NCBI RefSeq assembly: GCF_936981045.1
Contig: NZ_OW441264.1
Coordinates: 900,001 to 932,000 of the forward strand
DNA length: 32,000 nucleotides
Origin: Candidatus Saccharimonadota bacterium
GTDB taxonomy: Bacteria; Bacteroidota; Bacteroidia; Cytophagales; Amoebophilaceae
Direction: 5' to 3'
In this document: positions 1-8,753 of the stretch, piece after piece
How positions within the stretch are numbered: position 1 is the stretch's first letter
Layout of the letters: each line of letters begins with the position of its first letter
Notes under the pieces: generated by a model
The model's input: only the letters and a program-made list of their open reading frames with translations
Database searches by the model: none
What the model was told of the DNA's origin: nothing
Made by a program: the position numbers and the translations under genes

Positions 1-254
1 GATATAGATTTGGATCTACTTTGTTGGTAATTTACTTCAGATTCCCTTAAATTTACCTTTCGTTAAGTCTTCTTGTTGACTCTACTTGTGGTTAGGATAG
101 GTTGGAGCTGGGTTTTAGCGTGGGGGCCATACCTTTTTTGTTCATGATATAAAACCTTTGGTTGCGCGCGTGCTTTTAGGGTTTTTACAAATCTATTTTC
201 TCATCTAGGCTTGTTAAGCATCGTTGTATCATATAAGACCAAAAAACTACGATT

Positions 255-1646
255 ATGAAACTAAAAGGAGAAAATAAGTTTTTTAAGTGGATGCGTTTGC
301 TCAACCAGCAGCAAGAGAAGCGGTTGGCCTATTGTTTGGAGCGTGCAGCGCCTATAGAGGTGTCCAGGTTTTTAGAAAAGCAATCTTTTGAGCTGGTTAT
401 AGCAATATTTCGCACCTTGTCTATTCCACGACAAGGGGAAATATTTGCCTTATTGAATGATAATGCGTTGCAGATGCAAATCTACCACGCTATTCCTAAA
501 AGCAGCTTTGCCAAGATTTTTTCTTGTATGCCTTCTGATTTGCGCGTTGATTTTTACCAACGATTGAGCAATAAGGAACATGCCCATTTGTTACCCTATT
601 TAAACAGAAAGGTTCGGGAAGATGTAATTATGCTCAATGCCTATTTACCAGATACGGCAGGCGGTATCATGAATACAGATTTTGCGACTGTTTTAAATTC
701 AATGACTGTAGAAGAAGCTATCGCTAAAATCCGTGAGGATGCACCTTCTAAAAAGATGCTTTATTACATCTATGTAGTAGATGAAAAGATGAAATTGGTA
801 GGTTTTATTTCTTTAAAGGATTTAGTGATCCGTTCTCCTAAAGAGAAGATAGAGACTATACTCAATGCAAATTTTGTCTATGCTACGGTAGATGAGGATC
901 AAGAAGTTGTCGCTAAAAAAATTGAACAATATGATTTGGTAGCTATTCCTATTTTGAATCAAGAAGAACAAATCGTAGGTATTGTAAGTTATGATGATGC
1001 CATACATATTATCAGGGTGGAGCAAGTTGAGGATATGGATAAATTTATGGGTATTACTTCAGAAGAAGATGCACCAGATTATCTAAAGGTCTCCAGTCTA
1101 CAACATCTTAAAAAGAGAATTAAATGGATTGTAGTAGTATTTATGGCCAGCATCGTTGGCCACGCTTTTACACATGCTAAAAGTGCTTTTTTTACGCCAT
1201 TTAATTTGATTTTCTATTTGAGTATGATTACGGATACTGGAGGCAACGTAGGCAGTCAAGTAGCTTCAGTAGTACTGCAAGCATTGAATCGAGGCCAGCT
1301 CACGCTGTCTGACTGGGCTAGGATTATTTTAAAGGAATTAAGGATTGCCATTATGTTGGCTTCTATTTTATTTTTTCTTGCTTATATTAAAGTATTCTTG
1401 ACCTCCAGTCTGGATTCAGAAGTCAACAGGCACTACCAGGTAATGTTTGTAGTGGCATTGAGTATTGTGTTACAAGTTATTTTTTCTGCTTTTATAGGAG
1501 CGACTTTTCCATTAGCTGCTAAATATTTTAATGGAGATCCTGCAGTAGCAGCCAATCCTGCGATTAATACAACTGTAGAACTATTGGGTGTGATCATTTA
1601 TTATGTAGTAATTTGTTGGCTCATTAATCCAGTCGGTAGCTGTTAA
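255..1646 (+). CDS. mgtE: Magnesium transporter MgtE
   Basis: 463-aa ORF with a helical N-domain, then CBS-pair-like segments (GGIMNTDFATV, VVDEKMKLVGFISLKDL, AIPILNQEEQIVGIVSYDD). The C-terminal multi-TM channel domain carries the ITDTGGNVGSQ motif typical of MgtE. Confidence 0.85.
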   Translation: MKLKGENKFFKWMRLLNQQQEKRLAYCLERAAPIEVSRFLEKQSFELVIAIFRTLSIPRQGEIFALLNDNALQMQIYHAIPKSSFAKIFSCMPSDLRVDFYQRLSNKEHAHLLPYLNRKVREDVIMLNAYLPDTAGGIMNTDFATVLNSMTVEEAIAKIREDAPSKKMLYYIYVVDEKMKLVGFISLKDLVIRSPKEKIETILNANFVYATVDEDQEVVAKKIEQYDLVAIPILNQEEQIVGIVSYDDAIHIIRVEQVEDMDKFMGITSEEDAPDYLKVSSLQHLKKRIKWIVVVFMASIVGHAFTHAKSAFFTPFNLIFYLSMITDTGGNVGSQVASVVLQALNRGQLTLSDWARIILKELRIAIMLASILFFLAYIKVFLTSSLDSEVNRHYQVMFVVALSIVLQVIFSAFIGATFPLAAKYFNGDPAVAANPAINTTVELLGVIIYYVVICWLINPVGSC

Positions 1647-1723
1647 TTACCAATTTATATCTACTTTTTTTCTTTGGCTTAAGCACTACATGTAATGATC
1701 TTAAGGCTGTTTTATTTAATGAA

Positions 1724-2149
1724 ATGCTGGACTTTGCTGTTCCTGTTCAGTTTTTTTTTGCTTCATGTAAGTCAGATCATGGGGAGGATGTATTGATTTT
1801 ACGAGATGAGTTGGTGGTGCCTCTGATGGAGGCATCGTCGTATATTACCGGCAAACAAAAAGAGATAGATGACCGTGGCCAGATCATTAGTGGAGTACCT
1901 TGTGAAATAAATTTCACGAAGGCGCATGAATTGTGCGCACATGTGGAAAAAAGATTACGAGGTTATCCAAAGATTACAAGATATGAAATCTCCCAAAGCG
2001 CATTAAAGGAGATGCATGAAATATTAAACACATTAAAACAGGATATAGAAAGCTTGCCTGATAGCCTAGAGCAAAAACAATTTAGGAAAGAATGGAATCA
2101 GCTGGCTCAATATATATCTTCTTTAATGGCTAAAAAGGATATGTCGTAA
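1724..2149 (+). CDS. Hypothetical protein (no family recognised)
   Basis: 141-aa ORF in the gap between mgtE and the E2 gene, same strand. It is hydrophilic and helical-looking, and I recognise no motif. Confidence 0.4.
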   Translation: MLDFAVPVQFFFASCKSDHGEDVLILRDELVVPLMEASSYITGKQKEIDDRGQIISGVPCEINFTKAHELCAHVEKRLRGYPKITRYEISQSALKEMHEILNTLKQDIESLPDSLEQKQFRKEWNQLAQYISSLMAKKDMS

Positions 2150-2213
2150 AGATCTACTACCCGTCGTAGGCCAGCAGGCTAATGGTAGCGTTCAATTTTT
2201 AAGCACAGTTAAC

Positions 2214-3494
2214 ATGCCCTTAATAACGCTTTATTTACCTAGGATGGGTGAAAGTGTGATGGAAGCTATAGTATTGCATTGGTGTGTAAGAGACGGAGAA
2301 GGGATTATAGAAGGTGCGCCTTTGTTGGAGGTTTCCACCGATAAAGTTGATGCAGAAATTCCTGCTGCTCACGCTGGTAAGATTAAAAAATTACTAGTAG
2401 AAAAAGGAGCCGTGGTACCTGTTGGAGCGCCTATTGCTTTATTAGAAGTAGAAAATGTAGCTGTATCATCTGCAGCCGGTGCACAATCTTTTGTAGATTT
2501 AAAACCTGTTGGGCAGGTTCCTATTCCAACACATCATTCAGACGCTAAATCCTTTCCTTTAGAGTCTTTTAGCAAAGTAAAATTAACCCCTTTGGCCAAA
2601 CATATGGCTCAAAAACATCTTATTCCAGCAGATGAGTTAGCCAGATTAGCTGGATGTGCTAGGGATGATCGGGTTACTAAAGAAGCAATTTTGGATTATT
2701 TAAGCAAGCGCGTACCCATTCATACCGACACTGTTGACCGCCATCTATTTCATGGAACCATTACCCCTCTAGAGGGAGATGAGGTGGTCCAAATGGATCG
2801 TGTTAGAAAACTCATTGCAGATCGAATGGTTGCATCTAAGAAAATTGCGCCTCATGTTACTTCCTTTATACGTGCTGATGTAACGGCACTCGTTACCTGG
2901 AGAAATCAGCATAAGGCTACTTTTGAAGAAAAATATGGGATTAAATTGACGTATAATCCTATTTTTATGGCAGTGATTGCGCGTGCCTTGCAACGATTCC
3001 CCCTGCTCAATGCGGTGGTGGTGGGCGATCGGATTATCAAACGAAAGCATGTTAATATAGGTTTTGCTGTAGCGTTGTCAGATGGTAATCTATTGGTGCC
3101 TGTAGTGCAGCAAGTAGAGCAGCTTGGCTTGGTTACATTGGCACAACAGATCGATGCTTTAATCGATAAAGCACGTAGTGGTACCATTATGCCAGATGCA
3201 TTAACCGGTGCTACCTATACCATTTCTAATATCGGTTGCTTTGGTAACCTTATGGGAACACCTATTATTGTGCAACCACAAGTAGCTATTCTTGCCTTAG
3301 GCCTTATTGAAAAACGCCCTGCGGTGGTCTATTTTGAGGAAAAAGAGGCCATAGCGATTCGCGATGAGCTATTTTTATCCCATACCTATGATCACCGGAT
3401 TATAGATGGGGCAATAGGGGGAGGATTTTTAAAGTATTTGGCAAAGGAATTGGCATCTTTTGTCAATAACATAGAACAGTATCCATTTGCATAA
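2214..3494 (+). CDS. 2-oxoacid dehydrogenase complex E2 component (dihydrolipoyl acyltransferase)
   Basis: N-terminal lipoyl domain (LLEVSTDKVDAEIPA). E3/peripheral-subunit-binding segment (LTPLAKHMAQKHLIP). C-terminal acyltransferase domain with catalytic SHTYDHRIIDG. Substrate class (pyruvate, 2-oxoglutarate or branched-chain) cannot be decided by eye. Confidence 0.85.
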   Translation: MPLITLYLPRMGESVMEAIVLHWCVRDGEGIIEGAPLLEVSTDKVDAEIPAAHAGKIKKLLVEKGAVVPVGAPIALLEVENVAVSSAAGAQSFVDLKPVGQVPIPTHHSDAKSFPLESFSKVKLTPLAKHMAQKHLIPADELARLAGCARDDRVTKEAILDYLSKRVPIHTDTVDRHLFHGTITPLEGDEVVQMDRVRKLIADRMVASKKIAPHVTSFIRADVTALVTWRNQHKATFEEKYGIKLTYNPIFMAVIARALQRFPLLNAVVVGDRIIKRKHVNIGFAVALSDGNLLVPVVQQVEQLGLVTLAQQIDALIDKARSGTIMPDALTGATYTISNIGCFGNLMGTPIIVQPQVAILALGLIEKRPAVVYFEEKEAIAIRDELFLSHTYDHRIIDGAIGGGFLKYLAKELASFVNNIEQYPFA

Positions 3495-3525
3495 GGAAGG
3501 AGAAAGAAAGGTTGTATGCTACTTC

Positions 3526-3601
3526 GGTTCTGTCGCGTCTATATTTTCGTTAGTAAAGGCTTTTTTTAAGTGAAGTTTTGGATATATATTGGGTATTATT
3601 C
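3526..3601 (-). mobile_element. Solo right-end fragment of type-B IS6 element (inverted), cut by copy A1
   Basis: Starts with GGTTCTGTCGCG and continues like the reverse complement of the type-B right end (compare 7692..7770) up to gggtattattc. Copy A1 begins two bases later. Confidence 0.8.
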
Positions 3602-3603
3602 AG

Positions 3604-4436
3604 GGTTCTGTCGCGTTTATTCTAAAAAATGATTATTTTAGTATCGGTATTTAAAAAAGTAGTTATTATGTTTAATATCTCTCCCGAGTTATTACCATAT
3701 TTTAAAGGTTATTGTTCTTCATCAGAAGTCATCCTGTTATTTGTATACATGAAGTGTCGTTTTTCCTTGAGCTATAGAGATTTGGAAGAGATGATGCGTA
3801 TGAGAGGCGCAAGAGTTGATCATTCTACGCTACAGAGATGGGTTATTAAGTTTGTTCCTCTGATAGATAAAGCAGTAAGAAAAAGAAAACGACCAATTGG
3901 TAGTAGTTGGAAAATGGATGAAACCTATGTTAAACTAAACGGGAAGTGGATCTATTTATATAGAGCAGTAGATCGTTATGGTGATACAGTTGACTTTTTT
4001 CTATCTGAGCATAGAGACAAGTCTTCAACGCTTTCTTTTTTTCGAAAGGCGATCACAGAAAATAATATTCCTAAGAAAGTAGTAATTGACAAAAGCGGTA
4101 GTAATAAAGCTGCCCTTGATGCGATCAATACAGATCTTGATCAAGATCATACCATTCAAATATTGCAAAACAAATATTTGAATAATAGAGTTGAACAAGA
4201 TCATAGGTTTATCAAAAAACGGATAAAACCTATGCTGGGTTTTAAGAATTTTTATTCTGCTTCCATTACTATTTCAGGGATAGAAAACATTCGTATGATT
4301 CAAAAAGGACAAGTAAGAGGAGCTAAAAATCATCTTTCTATTTTTGAGAACTTTGCTATCTTAATGGCCGCATAATATCCAAAATTTGACTTAAACGAAA
4401 AACCTATACTAAGAAAACTATAGACGCGACAGAACC
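3604..4436 (+). mobile_element. IS6-family insertion sequence, type A, copy A1 (833 bp)
   Basis: Bounded by GGTTCTGTCGCG and its reverse complement CGCGACAGAACC. Contains a single transposase ORF. Same length and ORF offsets (25 and 61 bp) as the other four intact copies. Confidence 0.95.
3629..4375 (+). CDS. IS6-family DDE transposase (copy A1)
   Basis: The N-terminus aligns with the IS26/IS257 pattern (F.G....VILL..Y....LSYRDLEEMM..RG..VDHSTLQRWV). DDE region: MDETYVK, VIDKSGSN, NNRVEQDHRFIKKR. The likely true start is the second Met (MFNISP, 3668). Confidence 0.9.
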   Translation: MIILVSVFKKVVIMFNISPELLPYFKGYCSSSEVILLFVYMKCRFSLSYRDLEEMMRMRGARVDHSTLQRWVIKFVPLIDKAVRKRKRPIGSSWKMDETYVKLNGKWIYLYRAVDRYGDTVDFFLSEHRDKSSTLSFFRKAITENNIPKKVVIDKSGSNKAALDAINTDLDQDHTIQILQNKYLNNRVEQDHRFIKKRIKPMLGFKNFYSASITISGIENIRMIQKGQVRGAKNHLSIFENFAILMAA

Positions 4437-4703
4437 AATAAAGCTGCCCTTGATGCGATCAATACAGAACTTGATCAAGATCATACCATTCAAATATTTC
4501 AAAACAAATACTTGAATAATAGAGTTGAACAAGATCATAGGTTTATCAAAAAACGGCTAAAACCTATGCTTAGTTTTAAGTGTTTTAAGGCTGCAGCCAT
4601 TGAGAATTTTGTTATGCTAATAGCCGAATAATACCCAATATATATCCAAAACTTCACTTAAAAGAGAAGACGTTACTAACGAAAATATAGACGCGACAGA
4701 ACC
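4437..4703 (+). mobile_element. 3' remnant of type-B IS6 element with internal deletion
   Basis: Matches the type-B transposase 3' part (aataaagctgccc...) through the right repeat CGCGACAGAACC at 4692..4703. It lacks about 80 bp after gctgcagccatt relative to the copy at 7692..8537. Confidence 0.85.
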
Positions 4704-4716
4704 TTATAAAAAAGCA

Positions 4717-6270
4717 CTAATGGAGTTCTATTTCCCCGTGATTTCGGTTGATAAGTTTGTAATCTGTTATCGCCATTGAAGAATCTTCAACTAATGTAAC
4801 CCATCTACCATACTTTAGGAACCATTTCAACCTTTTTGAGATCAAATTTTTGGTAAAAAAGGCATAGAGGTAAGGATGAACCAAAAGTCTGATACCCTTT
4901 TCATTCTGATTCATTAAAACAAGCCGCAAGTTTTCTTCAATTCTTTCTGAAACCAATATAGAAGCATCGATCTTTCCTGTGCCATTACAAGATGGGCAAA
5001 GCTCCCTTGTGACTACATTCATTTCTGGGCGCACCCGCTGGCGTGTGATCTGCATGATGCTAAACTTTGACAATGGTAAAATAGAAGTCTTAGCACGATC
5101 CTCTTTCATCAGCTCCTTCATTTTTTGATAAAGGAGCTTACGGTCTTCTATGCCCTTAATGTCTATAAAGTCCACTACTATAATCCCTCCCATATCGCGC
5201 AAACGCAACTGGCGTGCAATTTCCTGTGCAGCAGACAAATTAACATTTAAGGCCATTTTCCCTTGCCCCTCTTCGTCTACAGCTCTGTTACCACTATTCA
5301 CATCAATGACGTGCATGGCTTCAGTGTGCTCAATCACTAAATAACCTCCCCCTTCTATACCAACCGTTTGACCAAAAAGCGTTTTCAGCTGCCGTTCTAT
5401 ACCCAATTGCTCAAAGAGCTTGATCTTACCTTGATGGAATTTAAGAATCTTCTCCTTGTCAGGTGCAATAGTATGTATGTATTGCTTTATTTCGGTATAA
5501 AGGAGCTGATCATCCACAATAATACTGTCAAAAGACTCATTGAGCATGTCCCGTAGAATAGTATAGGCTCTATTTACTTCTCCTATAATTTTTTCCCCAG
5601 GTAATGCAGTAACCAGTTGCTCTATCCCCCTTTTCCATTTATCAATAAGATCTCTGAGATCTCTATCTAATGTAGCCACATCGATTCCTTTTGCTACGGT
5701 GCGTACAATTACGCCAAAGTTTTTAGGCTTAATGGAAGCGATTAAGCGGTGTAGCCGATCTCGCTCTTCAGCATTTGTAATTTTTTTGGAAATACTAATC
5801 GTGTCTACAAAGGGTATTAGTATCATGTAACGACCAGGTAAAGTCAACCCAGAAGCTATACGGGGACCCTTACTTGAAATAGGCTCTTTTACGATTTGAA
5901 CCAATACTTCTTGCCCTTTTGTCAATAGATCGCCAACTTTACCAAGCTTATCTATCGGCGGCTCAACTACAAAGTCAGCTAGATTTGTTAGATTACCTTG
6001 TTGATGCCTAACCAGTTGAATAGCCTTTTTTAGAGAATTGAACTGTGAACCAAGATCCAAATAATGCAAAAAAGCATCTTTTTTGTATCCTACATCCACA
6101 AAACTTGCATTTAAACTGGGCACTACTTTTTTAATAATCCCCAAATAAATATCACCTACTTTGAACTTGTTTTCTTCCTTTTCTACCTGATATTCAAAAA
6201 GATTTCCATCTTTTAGCAGTGCTATTCTACAATTATTATCCGTACTATTAATGATTAATTCATTACCCAC
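4717..6270 (-). CDS. rng: Ribonuclease G/E family endoribonuclease
   Basis: 517 aa with an N-terminal S1 domain and the RNase E/G catalytic core (HVIDVNSG, GGIIVVDFID). Zn-link-like CPSCNGTG near the C-terminus. Confidence 0.85.
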   Translation of the reverse strand: MGNELIINSTDNNCRIALLKDGNLFEYQVEKEENKFKVGDIYLGIIKKVVPSLNASFVDVGYKKDAFLHYLDLGSQFNSLKKAIQLVRHQQGNLTNLADFVVEPPIDKLGKVGDLLTKGQEVLVQIVKEPISSKGPRIASGLTLPGRYMILIPFVDTISISKKITNAEERDRLHRLIASIKPKNFGVIVRTVAKGIDVATLDRDLRDLIDKWKRGIEQLVTALPGEKIIGEVNRAYTILRDMLNESFDSIIVDDQLLYTEIKQYIHTIAPDKEKILKFHQGKIKLFEQLGIERQLKTLFGQTVGIEGGGYLVIEHTEAMHVIDVNSGNRAVDEEGQGKMALNVNLSAAQEIARQLRLRDMGGIIVVDFIDIKGIEDRKLLYQKMKELMKEDRAKTSILPLSKFSIMQITRQRVRPEMNVVTRELCPSCNGTGKIDASILVSERIEENLRLVLMNQNEKGIRLLVHPYLYAFFTKNLISKRLKWFLKYGRWVTLVEDSSMAITDYKLINRNHGEIELH

Positions 6271-6377
6271 GTGCTAATTTTGTTTACGTTTTTACAGAAA
6301 CCCAGAAAGCAATTAGTAGCATATTTAAATTAAATAGTTACACAAAGCAGATAATAACGCTTTTTGACACTTAAGCG

Positions 6378-6473
6378 CTATCTATTTTTCTTTTTATGTC
6401 TATTTAACCTAAGACGTTTTTTACGCTTATGTGTAGCTACCTTTTGTCTTTTTCTTTTCCTACCACAAGGCAT
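6378..6473 (-). CDS. Putative 31-aa Lys/Arg-rich peptide, bS22-like small ribosomal protein
   Basis: My manual translation gives MPCGRKRKRQKVATHKRKKRLRLNRHKKKNR followed by a stop. It is not in the ORF track because it is too short. It lies just upstream of rng on the same strand. The pattern resembles bS22-type peptides ([20 protein letters not shown]), recalled from memory. Confidence 0.5.
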   Translation of the reverse strand: MPCGRKRKRQKVATHKRKKRLRLNRHKKKNR

Positions 6474-6727
6474 TTTACTAAGATTTCATAAGTTATATTT
6501 ATTATACCACCCTGGAATAGAAAAACCTCCCTACCTATATCTTGGTCAGGTTAAAGGGATTCTATTCGCTTACGTTTAAAATAGCTTATCAACTAAGATG
6601 ATAAAGCCTACTGGCCACCCAATACGGTTTAAGCACCGAACATTAACTTTTCCAATTTACTGTTTTTTTCTTTAATTACACACATATTTCTCATGATTCT
6701 AACTATGATAGCGCTATAAGGTCTGTT

Positions 6728-7363
6728 TTATACTTTCATTCCTTTGTAGGATACATACCATTTTATTTGACCATAAACGCCTATACATGATAGAACAAGG
6801 TAGTGCATGCTCAGCATGATCGCTCCCGTTTGATAACAGGCCAGAGAGAAGGCTATATAGCGAAAAAGGGCGATCACCCATCTTTCTAATTTTTTATGTG
6901 CCATAAGCCACTTGTCCATAAAACCAAAAGAAAAGTAATAGGCATCCCCATACATAGATATAGATAATGCGTTATTAAAATATTTACCTGCTATAAAGCT
7001 CCAACCAATGCCCCCCAACATACTAATACCAGCAATAAACAAAAGTATCTTATAGGATGTTCTGCTCACTTCTACAGGTTTTCGATATATCGTTCCTTTC
7101 CATCTTAGATAGGCATACAGATTGAAGAATATAAAAATGATACTATAAGTTACTTTTCCATAGAGTCGCCTAACGGAATAGACATAAATATTTGTAAAAG
7201 CAATAGGAAAGGCCAAAATTTTGCTCCAAATACTTTGGCGTGCCTCTAAAAAATGGGCAAAAATCGATGCAACTACTACACTAAATTCCAATAGTCTTTG
7301 TTGGTCATAGATTAGCCATTTACCTGCACCTATAATGGCTGTCAACAGTTGATCGGTTATCAT
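6728..7363 (-). CDS. pnuC: PnuC-like nicotinamide riboside transporter (divergent)
   Basis: 211-aa polytopic membrane ORF. The N-half (LE.R.SIW....AF..NIYVY....LYG......IFF.LY.Y..W) and C-half (GDA..F......WLMAHKKLERW) follow the PnuC layout. Confidence 0.6.
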   Translation of the reverse strand: MITDQLLTAIIGAGKWLIYDQQRLLEFSVVVASIFAHFLEARQSIWSKILAFPIAFTNIYVYSVRRLYGKVTYSIIFIFFNLYAYLRWKGTIYRKPVEVSRTSYKILLFIAGISMLGGIGWSFIAGKYFNNALSISMYGDAYYFSFGFMDKWLMAHKKLERWVIALFRYIAFSLACYQTGAIMLSMHYLVLSCIGVYGQIKWYVSYKGMKV

Positions 7364-7400
7364 ATGTAAAAAGTAATGTAAATGAAGTTAAAATATATGA

Positions 7401-7604
7401 CTAACCTTTATCATGTACATAATGCGTATCTACTGGTTCATTAGATTGCAGCTGGGTGCCATTTGGTTTGAGTTGTGCATTAGATTGTGCATGAATTTTA
7501 CCTATTAATTCATACACTTCCCGAAAAGGCCTTTCAGACAAGGCTTTAATAATTACATTCACTTCAGCGATATCTAACCTGAGTGCTATTGTATTTGGCT
7601 GCAT
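7401..7604 (-). CDS. Hypothetical small protein
   Basis: 67-aa ORF directly upstream of the pnuC-like gene on the same strand. No family recognised. Confidence 0.35.
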   Translation of the reverse strand: MQPNTIALRLDIAEVNVIIKALSERPFREVYELIGKIHAQSNAQLKPNGTQLQSNEPVDTHYVHDKG

Positions 7605-7691
7605 ATAACTATGATTTATTTAAAAACAAGTATATCCGTTCAGTCAATTTCATCTAATAATCAATAACATTTATGTCTTATAACGCCATTG

Positions 7692-8537
7692 GGTTCTGTC
7701 GCTTCTATATTTTCGTTAGTAACGTCTTTTCTTTTAAGTGAAGTTTTAGATATATATTGGGTATTATTCGGCCATTAGCATAACAAAATTCTCAAAAGTA
7801 GAAAGATGATTTTTAGCTCCGATTACTTTTCCTTTTTGAATCATACGAATGTTTTCTATCCCTGCAATGGTAATGGCTGCAGCCTTAAAACACTTAAAAC
7901 TAAGCATAGGTTTTAACCGTTTTTTGATAAACCTATGATCTTGTTCAACTCTATTATTCAAGTATTTGTTTTGAAATATTTGAATGGTATGATCTTGATC
8001 AAGATCTGTATTGATCGCATCAAGGGCAGCTTTATTACTACCGCTTTTGTCAATTACTACTTTCTTAGGAATATTATTTTCTGTGATCACCTTACGAAAA
8101 AAAGAAAAAGCTGCAGACTTGTCTCTATGCTCAGATAGAAAAAAGTCAACTGTATCACCATAACGATCTACTGCTCTATATAAATAGATCCACTTCCCGT
8201 TTAGTTTAACATAGGTTTCATCCATTCTCCAACTACCACCAACTGGCCGTTTTCTTTTACTTACTGCTTCATCTATAAGAGGAACAAACTTAATAACCCA
8301 TCTCTGTAAAGTAGAGTGATCGACCTTGGCTCCTCATTATACGCATCATTTCTTCTAAATCCCGATCGCTCAAAGAAAATCGACATTATCATATATACAA
8401 ATAACAGGATCACTGCTGATGAAGAACAATAGCCTTTAAAATAAGATAATAATTTGGGCGAAATATTAAACATAATAACTACTTTTTTAACTACAGATAC
8501 TAAAATAATCATTTTTTAGAATAAACGCCAAAGAACC
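7692..8537 (-). mobile_element. Type-B IS6 element, degenerate full-length copy
   Basis: Both terminal repeats are degenerate (ggttctgtcgcTtct at 7692; cgcCaAagaacc ending at 8537). The transposase reading frame is broken into two ORFs. Confidence 0.85.
7764..8512 (-). pseudogene. IS6-family transposase pseudogene (type B)
   Basis: ORFs 7764..8225 (from MDETYVK to the C-terminus MLMAE) and 8273..8512 (N-terminus, then out-of-frame residues). Together they cover the transposase but are frameshifted. Confidence 0.85.
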
Positions 8538-8636
8538 ACAAATCTATGCATTAAAAATATAAATGTTCTTATAATAATGGGGCAAAATAAAGTAATACAC
8601 CTGATCTTAAGAAAGTTGTTGGATATCAGATTCAGA

Positions 8637-8752
8637 GGCTTTGTCCAATTAAGTGTGTAAATTATTTTTTTGGTTTATTAGATTCTATTTTCAAATTTAA
8701 TTAAAAAATGTGCCATAGCTTCACTCCAATTATGAATAGGGATGGTCCACTT
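8637..8752 (-). mobile_element. 3'-terminal remnant of IS256-family element, cut by copy A2
   Basis: Reverse complement of the 25745..25861 region (transposase tail ...MAHFLIKFENRIE plus terminal repeat aatttacacacttaagtggacagagcc). It ends one base before the A2 repeat. Confidence 0.8.
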
Positions 8753-8753
8753 G

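Noticed and set aside
1-254. Window start, examined for a partial gene or the mgtE promoter
   Set aside because: There is no long open frame and no recognisable motif, so nothing supportable can be called.
3629-3667. First Met of the IS6-A ORF (MIILVSVFKKVVI...) as the transposase start
   Set aside because: Alignment to the IS26/IS257-type N-termini begins around MFNISP..YFKGY. The extra 13 hydrophobic codons overlap the probable promoter and repeat-proximal region. I kept the ORF-track coordinates but regard 3668 (and equivalents) as the likelier start.
6364-6579. 71-aa plus-strand ORF (MTLKRYLFFFLCLFNLRRFLRL...)
   Set aside because: It is a low-complexity Leu/Phe/Arg-rich product, which is simply the antisense reading of the Lys/Arg-rich minus-strand peptide gene. 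It has no start context or homology.
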